Below, piece by piece: positions 7,451-15,230 of a stretch of 64,000 nt of DNA (position 1 is its first letter; every line of letters starts with the position of its first letter). The notes under the pieces are model-generated. The model saw only the letters and a program-made list of their open reading frames with translations, had not been told where the DNA came from and did not search any database. A program made the position numbers and the translations under genes. Origin of the DNA: Shigella phage SSG23; the sequence record PQ351811; one strand, 5' to 3'.

Positions 7451-7873
7451 ATGGAAACAATTAATGTACATGTTCGTCGTAGCAAGCTGCGTCGATTCTT
7501 CGAAACTGAAATGCGCAAAACTAATGCACAGATCAAAGAAAAGTGCTTGAATGATGGTTACGGTGAGTATATTTTCATTCGCTTTAGTCCGCATATGATC
7601 GACCGTCTAACCGATCGTCATATCGATGAACATAAGACAATGGAACTATTCAATAAGGTAGAAACTCGTTTACCTGAGATCTTCAAGTTCTTGAAAATGG
7701 AAGACCGACCTAACCGACTAGAAATCACTGACGGTAACATGTGGATCGGGATGACAGTAGATCTAATCGAAGACGGTAAACCGTATTACGGGCTATGCTG
7801 CCGAATGATTATAGAGAATCCAAAGCGACTGGCGGGTAAAATGTCGGCGGTTGTTTTGAAAGTGGACCAATAA
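7451..7873 (+). CDS. regB: RegB-like site-specific endoribonuclease
   Basis: METINVHVRRSKLRRFFE..RLEITDGNMWIGMTV..CRMIIENPKRLAGK matches remembered T4 RegB; SD AAGGAG. Confidence 0.75.
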   Translation: METINVHVRRSKLRRFFETEMRKTNAQIKEKCLNDGYGEYIFIRFSPHMIDRLTDRHIDEHKTMELFNKVETRLPEIFKFLKMEDRPNRLEITDGNMWIGMTVDLIEDGKPYYGLCCRMIIENPKRLAGKMSAVVLKVDQ

Positions 7874-7894
7874 TGGAAATTGGTTAAATTAATG

Positions 7895-7924
7895 CTTGAC
7901 TTTCTGGTGATAGGGCTATATTAT
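7895..7924 (+). promoter_or_regulatory. sigma70-like promoter
   Basis: TTGACT, 17/18-bp spacer, TATTAT upstream of 7959 ORF. Confidence 0.5.
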
Positions 7925-7958
7925 GGAATCAGAAAGTTAAGCCAAACAGGAGAAATTG

Positions 7959-8549
7959 ATGTTAAAAGTTCTAAAAGCGATAGTATTGAGTCTGTCACTA
8001 GCCGTTGGTGCTACACACGCATCGACTAGCGCACCGATCAAAAAAGCGCCGATAGACAACTTTACAGCACACCAACTAGATAATTTACATTTCGCCTATC
8101 AATACGGTGAGCAATTCGAGAAAAGCGGTAAGTTGAAAAATGACCATCCGAATATTCGCTATAACGGAAAGGGTTTAGGTCACATCCTGGCGGGTATCGC
8201 ATGGCAAGAATCAAGCGCGGGTGCAAACTTAGCACCAAAGAAAAATCATCATGCTTATGGATTATTTCAAAATTACCTTAAAACGGTGAAAGCGAAAAAT
8301 GCAAAGCGCGGTGTTAAAATGAGTGATCGCCAGACTATCAACTTTATCATGAATCGCGAGGTTTCTGCATTCTACGCGATGGATGAGTTAGCATACTGGC
8401 TGGATGTTCGAAACGGTAATATTCGACTCGCGCTAGCTTCTTACAATGCAGGATGGAACTATAAAGCCGGGTTAGGTTATGCTGATGACGTACTAAAAAA
8501 GGCTAACCATCTAAAGAGTAAAGGCATTCTTAAAACTAAACGCTATTGA
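7959..8549 (+). CDS. secreted soluble lytic transglycosylase (SLT domain) with signal peptide
   Basis: N-terminal signal peptide MLKVLKAIVLSLSLAVGATHA; SLT motifs AWQESS, GLFQ, SYNAG. Confidence 0.75.
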   Translation: MLKVLKAIVLSLSLAVGATHASTSAPIKKAPIDNFTAHQLDNLHFAYQYGEQFEKSGKLKNDHPNIRYNGKGLGHILAGIAWQESSAGANLAPKKNHHAYGLFQNYLKTVKAKNAKRGVKMSDRQTINFIMNREVSAFYAMDELAYWLDVRNGNIRLALASYNAGWNYKAGLGYADDVLKKANHLKSKGILKTKRY

Positions 8550-8556
8550 GGAATCT

Positions 8557-8916
8557 ATGAAAAAGTTGACAGTAATTGCTATGATTGCTATGATGCTCTC
8601 GGCTGGTGCGCTTGCTAGTAATGAGCGCCCTTATCCAAAGTTCGAATACAAAGGGTTTGAGATCAACAAAAAGATCATTAAAACCTTCTGTGATAATGAT
8701 AACATGTGTAGCGATTTTATCGCACTTGAACTTGACGAAGCGTACAAACAAGGTCGAGACGAAAAACGAAAAAATCGAGCGTGGGATCTAAGTATTGCCA
8801 GCTTTGCTAAAACAAAACGTAACTTGTGTGATACTGCCCCGGATAAGCAATTGTGTTTTGCATATCGTGACACACTGTTAAGCCGTTTTATGGCTGGGTT
8901 GTCTTCCCGTGACTAA
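8557..8916 (+). CDS. secreted/periplasmic small Cys-containing protein
   Basis: Signal peptide MKKLTVIAMIAMMLSAGALA; four Cys; no lipobox. Confidence 0.55.
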   Translation: MKKLTVIAMIAMMLSAGALASNERPYPKFEYKGFEINKKIIKTFCDNDNMCSDFIALELDEAYKQGRDEKRKNRAWDLSIASFAKTKRNLCDTAPDKQLCFAYRDTLLSRFMAGLSSRD

Positions 8917-8931
8917 TTAGAGGTTTATATT

Positions 8932-9387
8932 ATGATTATTGATACTGTAAAGGGCGATCTCATCGCCCTGTTTAAACAAGGAAACGGTCATTTAATTCAT
9001 GGTTGTAATTGTTTTCATACTATGGGCGCTGGTATTGCTGCGGATATCGCAAAAGAGTTCCCGCAAGCGTTAGAGATTGACAAGCAAACTTCTCGCGGTA
9101 AGGTAGAAAAGCTGGGTGGGTTTAGTGTCTGGACGCATCAAGTTAATGGTTATAACTGGTGTGGGGTGAATCTCTATACCCAATTCCGACCGGGTCCAAA
9201 TGCTGAATATAGTGCTATCCTGAAAGGATTTGAGTCTCTCAATGATGTTTTTGAAGGTGCTATACAGCCTTTCTATATTCCTAAAATCGGTTGCGGTATC
9301 GGTGGCCTTGAGTGGGAATGCGTAGAAGAAATCATTAATATTGCTACTCCAGATATCAATATTGTGGTGGTTGAATATGGCAAATAA
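8932..9387 (+). CDS. macro domain protein, TARG1/DarG-like
   Basis: Motifs HGCNCFHTMGAGIA and IPKIGCGIGGLEWE match TARG1-type macro domain signature; GAGG-TTTATATTATG start. Confidence 0.75.
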   Translation: MIIDTVKGDLIALFKQGNGHLIHGCNCFHTMGAGIAADIAKEFPQALEIDKQTSRGKVEKLGGFSVWTHQVNGYNWCGVNLYTQFRPGPNAEYSAILKGFESLNDVFEGAIQPFYIPKIGCGIGGLEWECVEEIINIATPDINIVVVEYGK

Positions 9388-9571
9388 AAATGATCTATAT
9401 TCCGGCGATTGGGTTAAACGTCAGACTGTAGAAAACGTAACTTGTTTTCGTTGTTTCACTGAATACAATATAAAAACCGCTCCTGTTAGTGTTCCAAAGA
9501 CAGACGGGTATTATATTAAAGAACCGCATTGCCCTAAATGTAAATGTCGATTATATTGGAGTCATCTATGA
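9377..9571 (+). CDS. small Cys-rich (zinc-ribbon-like) protein
   Basis: Track ORF 9341..9571, ATG 9377; CFRC...CPKCKC. Confidence 0.5.
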   Translation: MANKNDLYSGDWVKRQTVENVTCFRCFTEYNIKTAPVSVPKTDGYYIKEPHCPKCKCRLYWSHL

Positions 9572-9786
9572 AGAAGCCTAATACCGCTCACATGAAGGAA
9601 AACTGCCGATGTGGTAGATGTGGTTGGCCTATTATCTTCACTTGCTGTAACGACGATATGCAGCGTTTACCGTGGGGAATGTGGGATTGGTGGATGTATT
9701 GCAGCAATAAAGGATGTATTCACCATGAAGGCGAAGGAGTGTTTCAAGAAACGCCTGATTGGGTGGAGGTGATAGAAAATGCTTGA
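9568..9786 (+). CDS. small Cys-rich protein
   Basis: Track ORF 9544..9786, ATG 9568 after GGAG; CRCGRCGW..CCND..C..C. Confidence 0.5.
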   Translation: MKKPNTAHMKENCRCGRCGWPIIFTCCNDDMQRLPWGMWDWWMYCSNKGCIHHEGEGVFQETPDWVEVIENA

Positions 9787-10072
9787 GACTATCATTAACC
9801 TTGTTATGTGGACTTTTAATTTCGTTATTGTTATTATTGCGGGTATTGAGATCGTCAAGCAATATCTGTTACAATCCAGAAATAAACATGTTGTAATTGA
9901 TATGGATTCTCAAGGAAATAAGCTGATCCTGCTAGAAGACGGTCGGGAATATTGGGTAGGTTATCCAAAGACACTACGCGGATTTATCTTTGCTATGGGT
10001 GTTTGCTTCTTTTTCCTTTGTATCTGGGTTTATGTTGGTTTAGGTCTTGCTGGATTTTTGGAGATTAATTAA
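9779..10072 (+). CDS. small membrane protein
   Basis: Track ORF; two hydrophobic segments. Confidence 0.5.
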   Translation: MLETIINLVMWTFNFVIVIIAGIEIVKQYLLQSRNKHVVIDMDSQGNKLILLEDGREYWVGYPKTLRGFIFAMGVCFFFLCIWVYVGLGLAGFLEIN

Positions 10073-10668
10073 TGGCTCAACTATATTTCTACTATGCATC
10101 TATGAACGCTGGCAAATCAACTTCCCTGCTACAAAGTGCTTATAACTATACCGAACGTGATATGCGAGTATTAATTCTTAAACCAGCGATTGATAATCGT
10201 GATTCAGATAGTGAAGTTGTTTCCCGAATTGGTCTAAGTGCTCCAGCGATCACCTTCACTAAATCGGATGATCTTTTCGATTTGGTTTATCGTGAATCAC
10301 TGGGTAAGCGTAGACCAGATCGCTGGCGTCCTGATGCTGTATTTGTAGATGAAGCCCAATTTATGACTAAAGAACATGTTTTAGGCTTATGTGCACTGGT
10401 TGATGATGCCAATATCCCTGTTTTGTGCTATGGCCTTCGCACTGACTTTAAAGGCAATCTATTTGAGGGATCTGCGGCATTAATGGCATTGGCTGATAAA
10501 CTGGTTGAAATGAAGGGTATTTGTCATTGCGGTAAGAAAGCAACTATGGTCCTTCGCGTAGATAAAGATGGTAATGTTATTCGCGATGGTGCTCAAATAG
10601 AAGTTGGTGCAGAGGATAAATATGTTTCTGTGTGCCGTAAACATTTTATTGACGGAACTACCAACTAA
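10072..10668 (+). CDS. tk: thymidine kinase
   Basis: Walker A ASMNAGKST, DEAQF, C-terminal Zn Cys cluster CHCGKKAT...CRKHF. Confidence 0.9.
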   Translation: MAQLYFYYASMNAGKSTSLLQSAYNYTERDMRVLILKPAIDNRDSDSEVVSRIGLSAPAITFTKSDDLFDLVYRESLGKRRPDRWRPDAVFVDEAQFMTKEHVLGLCALVDDANIPVLCYGLRTDFKGNLFEGSAALMALADKLVEMKGICHCGKKATMVLRVDKDGNVIRDGAQIEVGAEDKYVSVCRKHFIDGTTN

Positions 10669-10695
10669 GAGTTAATCATAAATAAAGCCCCAGAT

Positions 10696-10703
10696 TATAA
10701 ATA
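10696..10703 (+). promoter_or_regulatory. T4-late-type promoter motif TATAAATA
   Basis: Exact TATAAATA 34 nt upstream of rI-like ORF, inside loop of CCCCAGATT/AATCTGGGG inverted repeat. Confidence 0.5.
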
Positions 10704-10736
10704 TAACTGAATATTTTCAATCTGGGGGAATGACTT

Positions 10737-11039
10737 ATGTCATTTATTCGTAAAACTCTAACAGCGGCAATATGCTTGACTGCGGTCGGAAGTGTCAGTG
10801 CTGATCAATATGATCCAACTGGTGACTTTACTGATTATTTCGACGGTGCAATGATAGTATATGTAAACAAAATATCTCCTTCCATTGAAACCAGCCAGAA
10901 ATTTCATGCCCATATTATGAAGATGTATGCTCGTAGTAAATGTATGGATTCTAAGCAGTGTTTTATTATGGGGGAATATGCCGCAAAACAATTTGTTATG
11001 TTGTATAATGTGGAGAATCGAGAACATGAAATTCAGTGA
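10737..11039 (+). CDS. rI: RI-like periplasmic antiholin
   Basis: Signal/anchor sequence; C-terminal Y..S.C.DS.QC...GEYAAKQF resembles remembered T4 RI; adjacent to tk as in T4. Confidence 0.6.
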   Translation: MSFIRKTLTAAICLTAVGSVSADQYDPTGDFTDYFDGAMIVYVNKISPSIETSQKFHAHIMKMYARSKCMDSKQCFIMGEYAAKQFVMLYNVENREHEIQ

Positions 11040-11424
11040 TTTTCGAAAGACGTCCGAAGAGGGGAAAGCTAATAAAGTTGACCGCTTTATCGGTGAATGT
11101 CTGATGAGTGTTACTTATATGCATTCTGCGCATTTTGGGGTGACTGGTCCAGGATCTTATGCAAAACATAAGGCTCTAGAAGAGTTCTATCTTGAAATGC
11201 AAGAATTGGTTGATAATTTCACTGAAACCAATATTGGGATCACTGGTCGTTATCAACCAACGTTGGTCGTCCGCAAGGAGATTAGCGAAATTGCCTATTT
11301 GCAAGAGTTAACGCAAATGGCTAGTGAGATTTATAATGATGTTGATAGCTCGTTACAGAGCGTTTTAGATGATATCAAAGTTCTATGCTTTAAAACAATT
11401 TATAAACTCACTCGACTGGCTTAA
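11026..11424 (+). CDS. hypothetical protein
   Basis: Track ORF 10927..11424, ATG 11026 after GGAGAATC SD. Confidence 0.5.
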   Translation: MKFSDFRKTSEEGKANKVDRFIGECLMSVTYMHSAHFGVTGPGSYAKHKALEEFYLEMQELVDNFTETNIGITGRYQPTLVVRKEISEIAYLQELTQMASEIYNDVDSSLQSVLDDIKVLCFKTIYKLTRLA

Positions 11425-11445
11425 TGTCAGTCACAAGGGGGATAC

Positions 11446-13593
11446 ATGCCAGCAGAAATTAAAAACACTACAATTAACTCTCAAATTTGGCTTCCTCATA
11501 CTTTTGAATGTTCGATTGTTGCCGAGTCGGATGACCCGGAGAAAAGACGAAAAGGATATTTATGGAAAAAGAACGATAAGTTGATCACAATGACCGATGG
11601 TCCGTCTTTTCCGCTAAAGTCTGTTAAAGAGGAAGATAAAACAGGTTGGTCTGTTAATGTTCGTGGTTTTGCTCAAGATGATGAAAATCTTTCTGGCGAA
11701 TCCGTAGATATCGGTACGGAAAACTTCACCTTTGAACTTTTTGATAATCCATATGTGGAACATGTATACCCGCCTACGTCTTTTAATATTGGTGATGAAA
11801 TCAAGGCAAAGATTGTTTTTCGTAGTCATATCCAGCCTAATATTTCGGTTGACCTTTATTATAATGATGGTTTGGTTGATTCCGTTGACGGTGATCTGGG
11901 GTTAGACCATCGTGAATTTAAAATTGCAAAATTCGCGTGGCCTGAATTTTCCGGTACATATAAAATGGAATTGAGTGATGAACATGGTGAGGTTAAGTTT
12001 GTATATCCTTTCTATGCAAATATCACTGAAAATAAGGAAGTATTCAACGTACAAAAATATGCACCTGCCTATTTTACAGTAGAGGATGATGCACCGAATC
12101 AGGCGGAATATACTATTGTCCGATATCGACTAGAGCGCAATGATGGTAGTTTGGTTTATGAGTCTAAAGATAAGACTCTATACGTGACTAAACACGCTCA
12201 ACCGTCCGATGCTGGGGTTTATATTGCTTTTGTTCGTGCATATAAGGTTGTTAATGGACCTGGTGCTGGGACCGAATATGTGGATGGTGAAAAACATCGA
12301 TTCACAGTTAACGTAAAAGAAAACGAATTTTTTAGCCGTGATTTTAGTGCTATTGATTTTCGTTATCCTTCTGGGTCTACTGTAAACCTTGATATGCCAG
12401 TGATGCAAGCCGATAGCTCATGGAATCGTCATTATGGTATGCTTACTAACAACGTTTACTTTACGTGGATGCTTGGCGGTAAGAAACTACAAAGTAAAAA
12501 ATATGGTGATGAAGGATATGACCGAATCACATTATCTGGATTGCAATATGATAACAGCGTTGCGCTTCAATTGTTGGTTGCTCCTGCCAATCCAGCGGGT
12601 GAACAGGTGATTCCTAACGGTCGCCCATTATTTTATGATCGTCGTATGCTTGAGATTTATGATAAAGAGTATGATTATCGTAATATTGAAGTGGGTGAAC
12701 CGATTGTTCTCAAGATCGTAGATCCTGAACCGCCAGCTAGTGATGATCCTGAACAAACGCGAACTTTGGTTATCACCAAAAACGACGTTAAAGTAACGGA
12801 ACTTCCACTAGGTACTAAGGAATATAAGATCACCGACTCTGCGGACCGAGACCATAACGGCATCTGGGCGCATGAATATCGTGATAGTCCGAGTAAAGAT
12901 CCATTTAGTGCACATACTGATTTTGATATTGCTGGTCGTTCGACCTATCATGTTGAAGTAGTGCCGAATATGGAGTTTGACGGTCCTCATCCTGTGCAGG
13001 TGACGGAGGGTGATACCCTGACGCTAGAAGCAACCATGCTAAAACCGCCAGCCTCATATGTTCCGACTTATGAGTTTAGTAAAAACGGTGTTAAAATGGA
13101 AATGGAAGACCCAAGAAGTCCGATTTACCGTAAAGCAAACGTTACGCTAGAGGATGCTGGTGTTTATCGATTTGTTGCATTTGCTGATAAAAACAGCAAC
13201 GATGAACTAGATCCTGGCGAGATTGTCGGGTATACAAAATATGTTCAGGTTGTAGTTAATAAACGTCCTGTGCGACCGGATGAACCTAGACCGGAAGTTA
13301 AAATTGTTACTATGTTTAACGAGTTTAGCAAAGGTCGATTTAGTCCGTGTCCGTATTGGGTAATTGATGAGCTTGTCGAATTGATGGAAGACCCGCATGG
13401 CTGGATGGATAAACTTGAAGATTCTGTCTACTATGACTGGCAAATCACTATCTTTAATGAGTTCCTAAAAGGCAAGGATTTGTATCTTCAAGATTCGTGT
13501 AATGGTTACTGGGCGATTGTCCGCCAGAAGGATATGTCTATTGAAACTGGCTATGGTCGATTCAAACACTACTATACAAATGGACGTGAATAA
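11446..13593 (+). CDS. large Ig-like-domain protein (715 aa)
   Basis: Repeated Ig-like signatures DAGVYIAFVRAY and DAGVYRFVAFA; candidate virion decoration/adhesin-like protein. Confidence 0.65.
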   Translation: MPAEIKNTTINSQIWLPHTFECSIVAESDDPEKRRKGYLWKKNDKLITMTDGPSFPLKSVKEEDKTGWSVNVRGFAQDDENLSGESVDIGTENFTFELFDNPYVEHVYPPTSFNIGDEIKAKIVFRSHIQPNISVDLYYNDGLVDSVDGDLGLDHREFKIAKFAWPEFSGTYKMELSDEHGEVKFVYPFYANITENKEVFNVQKYAPAYFTVEDDAPNQAEYTIVRYRLERNDGSLVYESKDKTLYVTKHAQPSDAGVYIAFVRAYKVVNGPGAGTEYVDGEKHRFTVNVKENEFFSRDFSAIDFRYPSGSTVNLDMPVMQADSSWNRHYGMLTNNVYFTWMLGGKKLQSKKYGDEGYDRITLSGLQYDNSVALQLLVAPANPAGEQVIPNGRPLFYDRRMLEIYDKEYDYRNIEVGEPIVLKIVDPEPPASDDPEQTRTLVITKNDVKVTELPLGTKEYKITDSADRDHNGIWAHEYRDSPSKDPFSAHTDFDIAGRSTYHVEVVPNMEFDGPHPVQVTEGDTLTLEATMLKPPASYVPTYEFSKNGVKMEMEDPRSPIYRKANVTLEDAGVYRFVAFADKNSNDELDPGEIVGYTKYVQVVVNKRPVRPDEPRPEVKIVTMFNEFSKGRFSPCPYWVIDELVELMEDPHGWMDKLEDSVYYDWQITIFNEFLKGKDLYLQDSCNGYWAIVRQKDMSIETGYGRFKHYYTNGRE

Positions 13594-13605
13594 AACATAA
13601 TCAAA

Positions 13606-13636
13606 AGCCATCCGAAAGGGTGGCTTTTTCGTTTTT
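13606..13636 (+). terminator. intrinsic terminator
   Basis: AGCCATCC-GAAA-GGGTGGCT followed by TTTTTCGTTTTT. Confidence 0.65.
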
Positions 13637-13641
13637 AGGTG

Positions 13642-13670
13642 TTGACAACCGGATCGTGGTATAGCATAAT
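13642..13670 (+). promoter_or_regulatory. sigma70-consensus early promoter (PeSL-like cassette)
   Basis: TTGACA-17-CATAAT; leader CACATCGACAACAAAAGGAGAACCAAAATG. Confidence 0.7.
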
Positions 13671-13700
13671 GCACACATCGACAACAAAAGGAGAACCAAA

Positions 13701-13910
13701 ATGATTAATCCCGTAGCCGCAGCACTTGCTTCCGAAGAAACTTTGAAGTATATGGTAGAACACGCAGCAAAGAAGGGAGAAATTGTTACTGCCGATGAGA
13801 TCGTAGAAACCATGCTTCGCGATCCGAAGGGTAACACAGCAAAGTTTTTCGGTGATCATCTTAAGCTGGCTTACAAAACAATTATGGAGACCGTAAAGAA
13901 TGCAAAATGA
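13701..13910 (+). CDS. hypothetical early protein
   Basis: Track ORF after promoter, GGAG SD. Confidence 0.55.
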   Translation: MINPVAAALASEETLKYMVEHAAKKGEIVTADEIVETMLRDPKGNTAKFFGDHLKLAYKTIMETVKNAK

Positions 13911-14238
13911 TGTAATTGAAGTTATTATGAATCAATATCAAAACCGGATTAAATCGGGGCGAATCACCGAAGAAAAGGCGAAACGGATCATCGAAAGATA
14001 CGCCGAAGCAACTAAAGGCGCGCCATCAGCTAACAGAATCATGATTCTTAAATGTCTGGTGCTTTCTGGTGACGATATGCCTATTCATGCAAAGAGTGCA
14101 ACCGATTTTCATAAGACCTATCGCCAGTGTGATGTAATTTTTACTTCTGGCTTAGGTAGTTATGACTCTATTATGTGGAATTTAATGCACCTTGATCCGA
14201 TTATCTGGGATGTACTTTCAGAGGAGGGCTACAATTGA
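13900..14238 (+). CDS. hypothetical protein
   Basis: Track ORF overlapping upstream stop. Confidence 0.5.
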   Translation: MQNDVIEVIMNQYQNRIKSGRITEEKAKRIIERYAEATKGAPSANRIMILKCLVLSGDDMPIHAKSATDFHKTYRQCDVIFTSGLGSYDSIMWNLMHLDPIIWDVLSEEGYN

Positions 14239-14585
14239 ACATTGATATTCAGCGATTAATTGATCATCTTCATGCGGGAATACCTTATCATGGCGACGTT
14301 ACCCGCGATATTCTTGATGTTCTGGGATATACCCAGCAAGTGATCAACGAAAAGCAAGCATTAGAATCACGGATCGACGAGGCAATAGGAAACATTGCAA
14401 CCGAAGATGAATTAGATAATCACTTTGGACCTGTTCTCGATGCTCTTATGGCTGCGCGTGATACTAAGCTGAAACAAGATAAACAAGAATTTATCCTTGA
14501 TGGTTTAGCTCGTTATCACAATGCAATTGATATTATGAATAACCAGCATGATTATGCTATTAGTGTTTTGAGGGGTATGGCATGA
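14235..14585 (+). CDS. hypothetical protein (TTG start)
   Basis: Track ORF; GAGGAGGG SD 6 nt upstream of TTG. Confidence 0.45.
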   Translation: MNIDIQRLIDHLHAGIPYHGDVTRDILDVLGYTQQVINEKQALESRIDEAIGNIATEDELDNHFGPVLDALMAARDTKLKQDKQEFILDGLARYHNAIDIMNNQHDYAISVLRGMA

Positions 14586-14866
14586 AAGACACAAACGAAT
14601 TTAACGGCATTCAGGTAAGCCCGAATTTTATTGTTCCGTCACTGGTGACTAAGCTGAATGGTCATATGGTCGCTTTGTCTTCCACACCGCCAGAATCAGG
14701 AAAGTTTATTACTATCGTAGTTTATGCAGGGCAAATTTTCTCTCATGATTGCTGCATGAAAAATGGTGAACTGATGGTTGCAAATTATGACTACGGCGAC
14801 CTTGATTGGGAAGTTTTAGGTCTGGCTAAAGGTGCTGAAATTCTGGGCTATCTTCGATTAGTTTAA
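14582..14866 (+). CDS. hypothetical protein
   Basis: Track ORF; SD GAGGGG; ATGA overlap. Confidence 0.5.
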   Translation: MKDTNEFNGIQVSPNFIVPSLVTKLNGHMVALSSTPPESGKFITIVVYAGQIFSHDCCMKNGELMVANYDYGDLDWEVLGLAKGAEILGYLRLV

Positions 14867-14884
14867 AAATTTTCTTAGAAAGTG

Positions 14885-14913
14885 TTGACAGCGATCCGGT
14901 GTTATTGCATAAT
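14885..14913 (+). promoter_or_regulatory. sigma70-consensus early promoter (PeSL-like cassette)
   Basis: TTGACA-17-CATAAT; conserved leader ACACCCATCGAAACGAGATACAC. Confidence 0.7.
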
Positions 14914-14954
14914 ACACCCATCGAAACGAGATACACTTTCTAGGAGAATCAAAA

Positions 14955-15176
14955 ATGGCAACTGTTAAAATTATCAAATCTTCCGCTGGCTTCGGTTTCA
15001 TGCGTGGTGCTAAGTACCCGATGATTATTGAAAACGTTGCCATCGAAGATGGTATGGCTAAAGTGACCAGCCGTCAATTGTTCGAAGCTGGTGTTAAAAC
15101 TGCTGAATCATGGGCGCTTCGCTATCCTAACAAAACATGGTCTTTCTTCCTGAATGGTGAAGCTGAGATCATCTAA
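14955..15176 (+). CDS. hypothetical early protein
   Basis: Track ORF after promoter, AGGAG SD. Confidence 0.55.
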   Translation: MATVKIIKSSAGFGFMRGAKYPMIIENVAIEDGMAKVTSRQLFEAGVKTAESWALRYPNKTWSFFLNGEAEII

Positions 15177-15193
15177 GTAATATTATCAATCAA

Positions 15194-15216
15194 TGCCCCT
15201 TAATTGGGGCTTTTCT
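15194..15216 (+). terminator. intrinsic terminator
   Basis: GCCCC-TTAATT-GGGGC followed by TTTTCTT. Confidence 0.55.
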
Positions 15217-15230
15217 TGTGAGGAAACTTT

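Noticed and set aside
11390-11404. Late promoter for the 715-aa Ig-like gene (TATAAACT)
   Set aside because: One mismatch to TATAAATA at a conserved position; not annotated as a feature.
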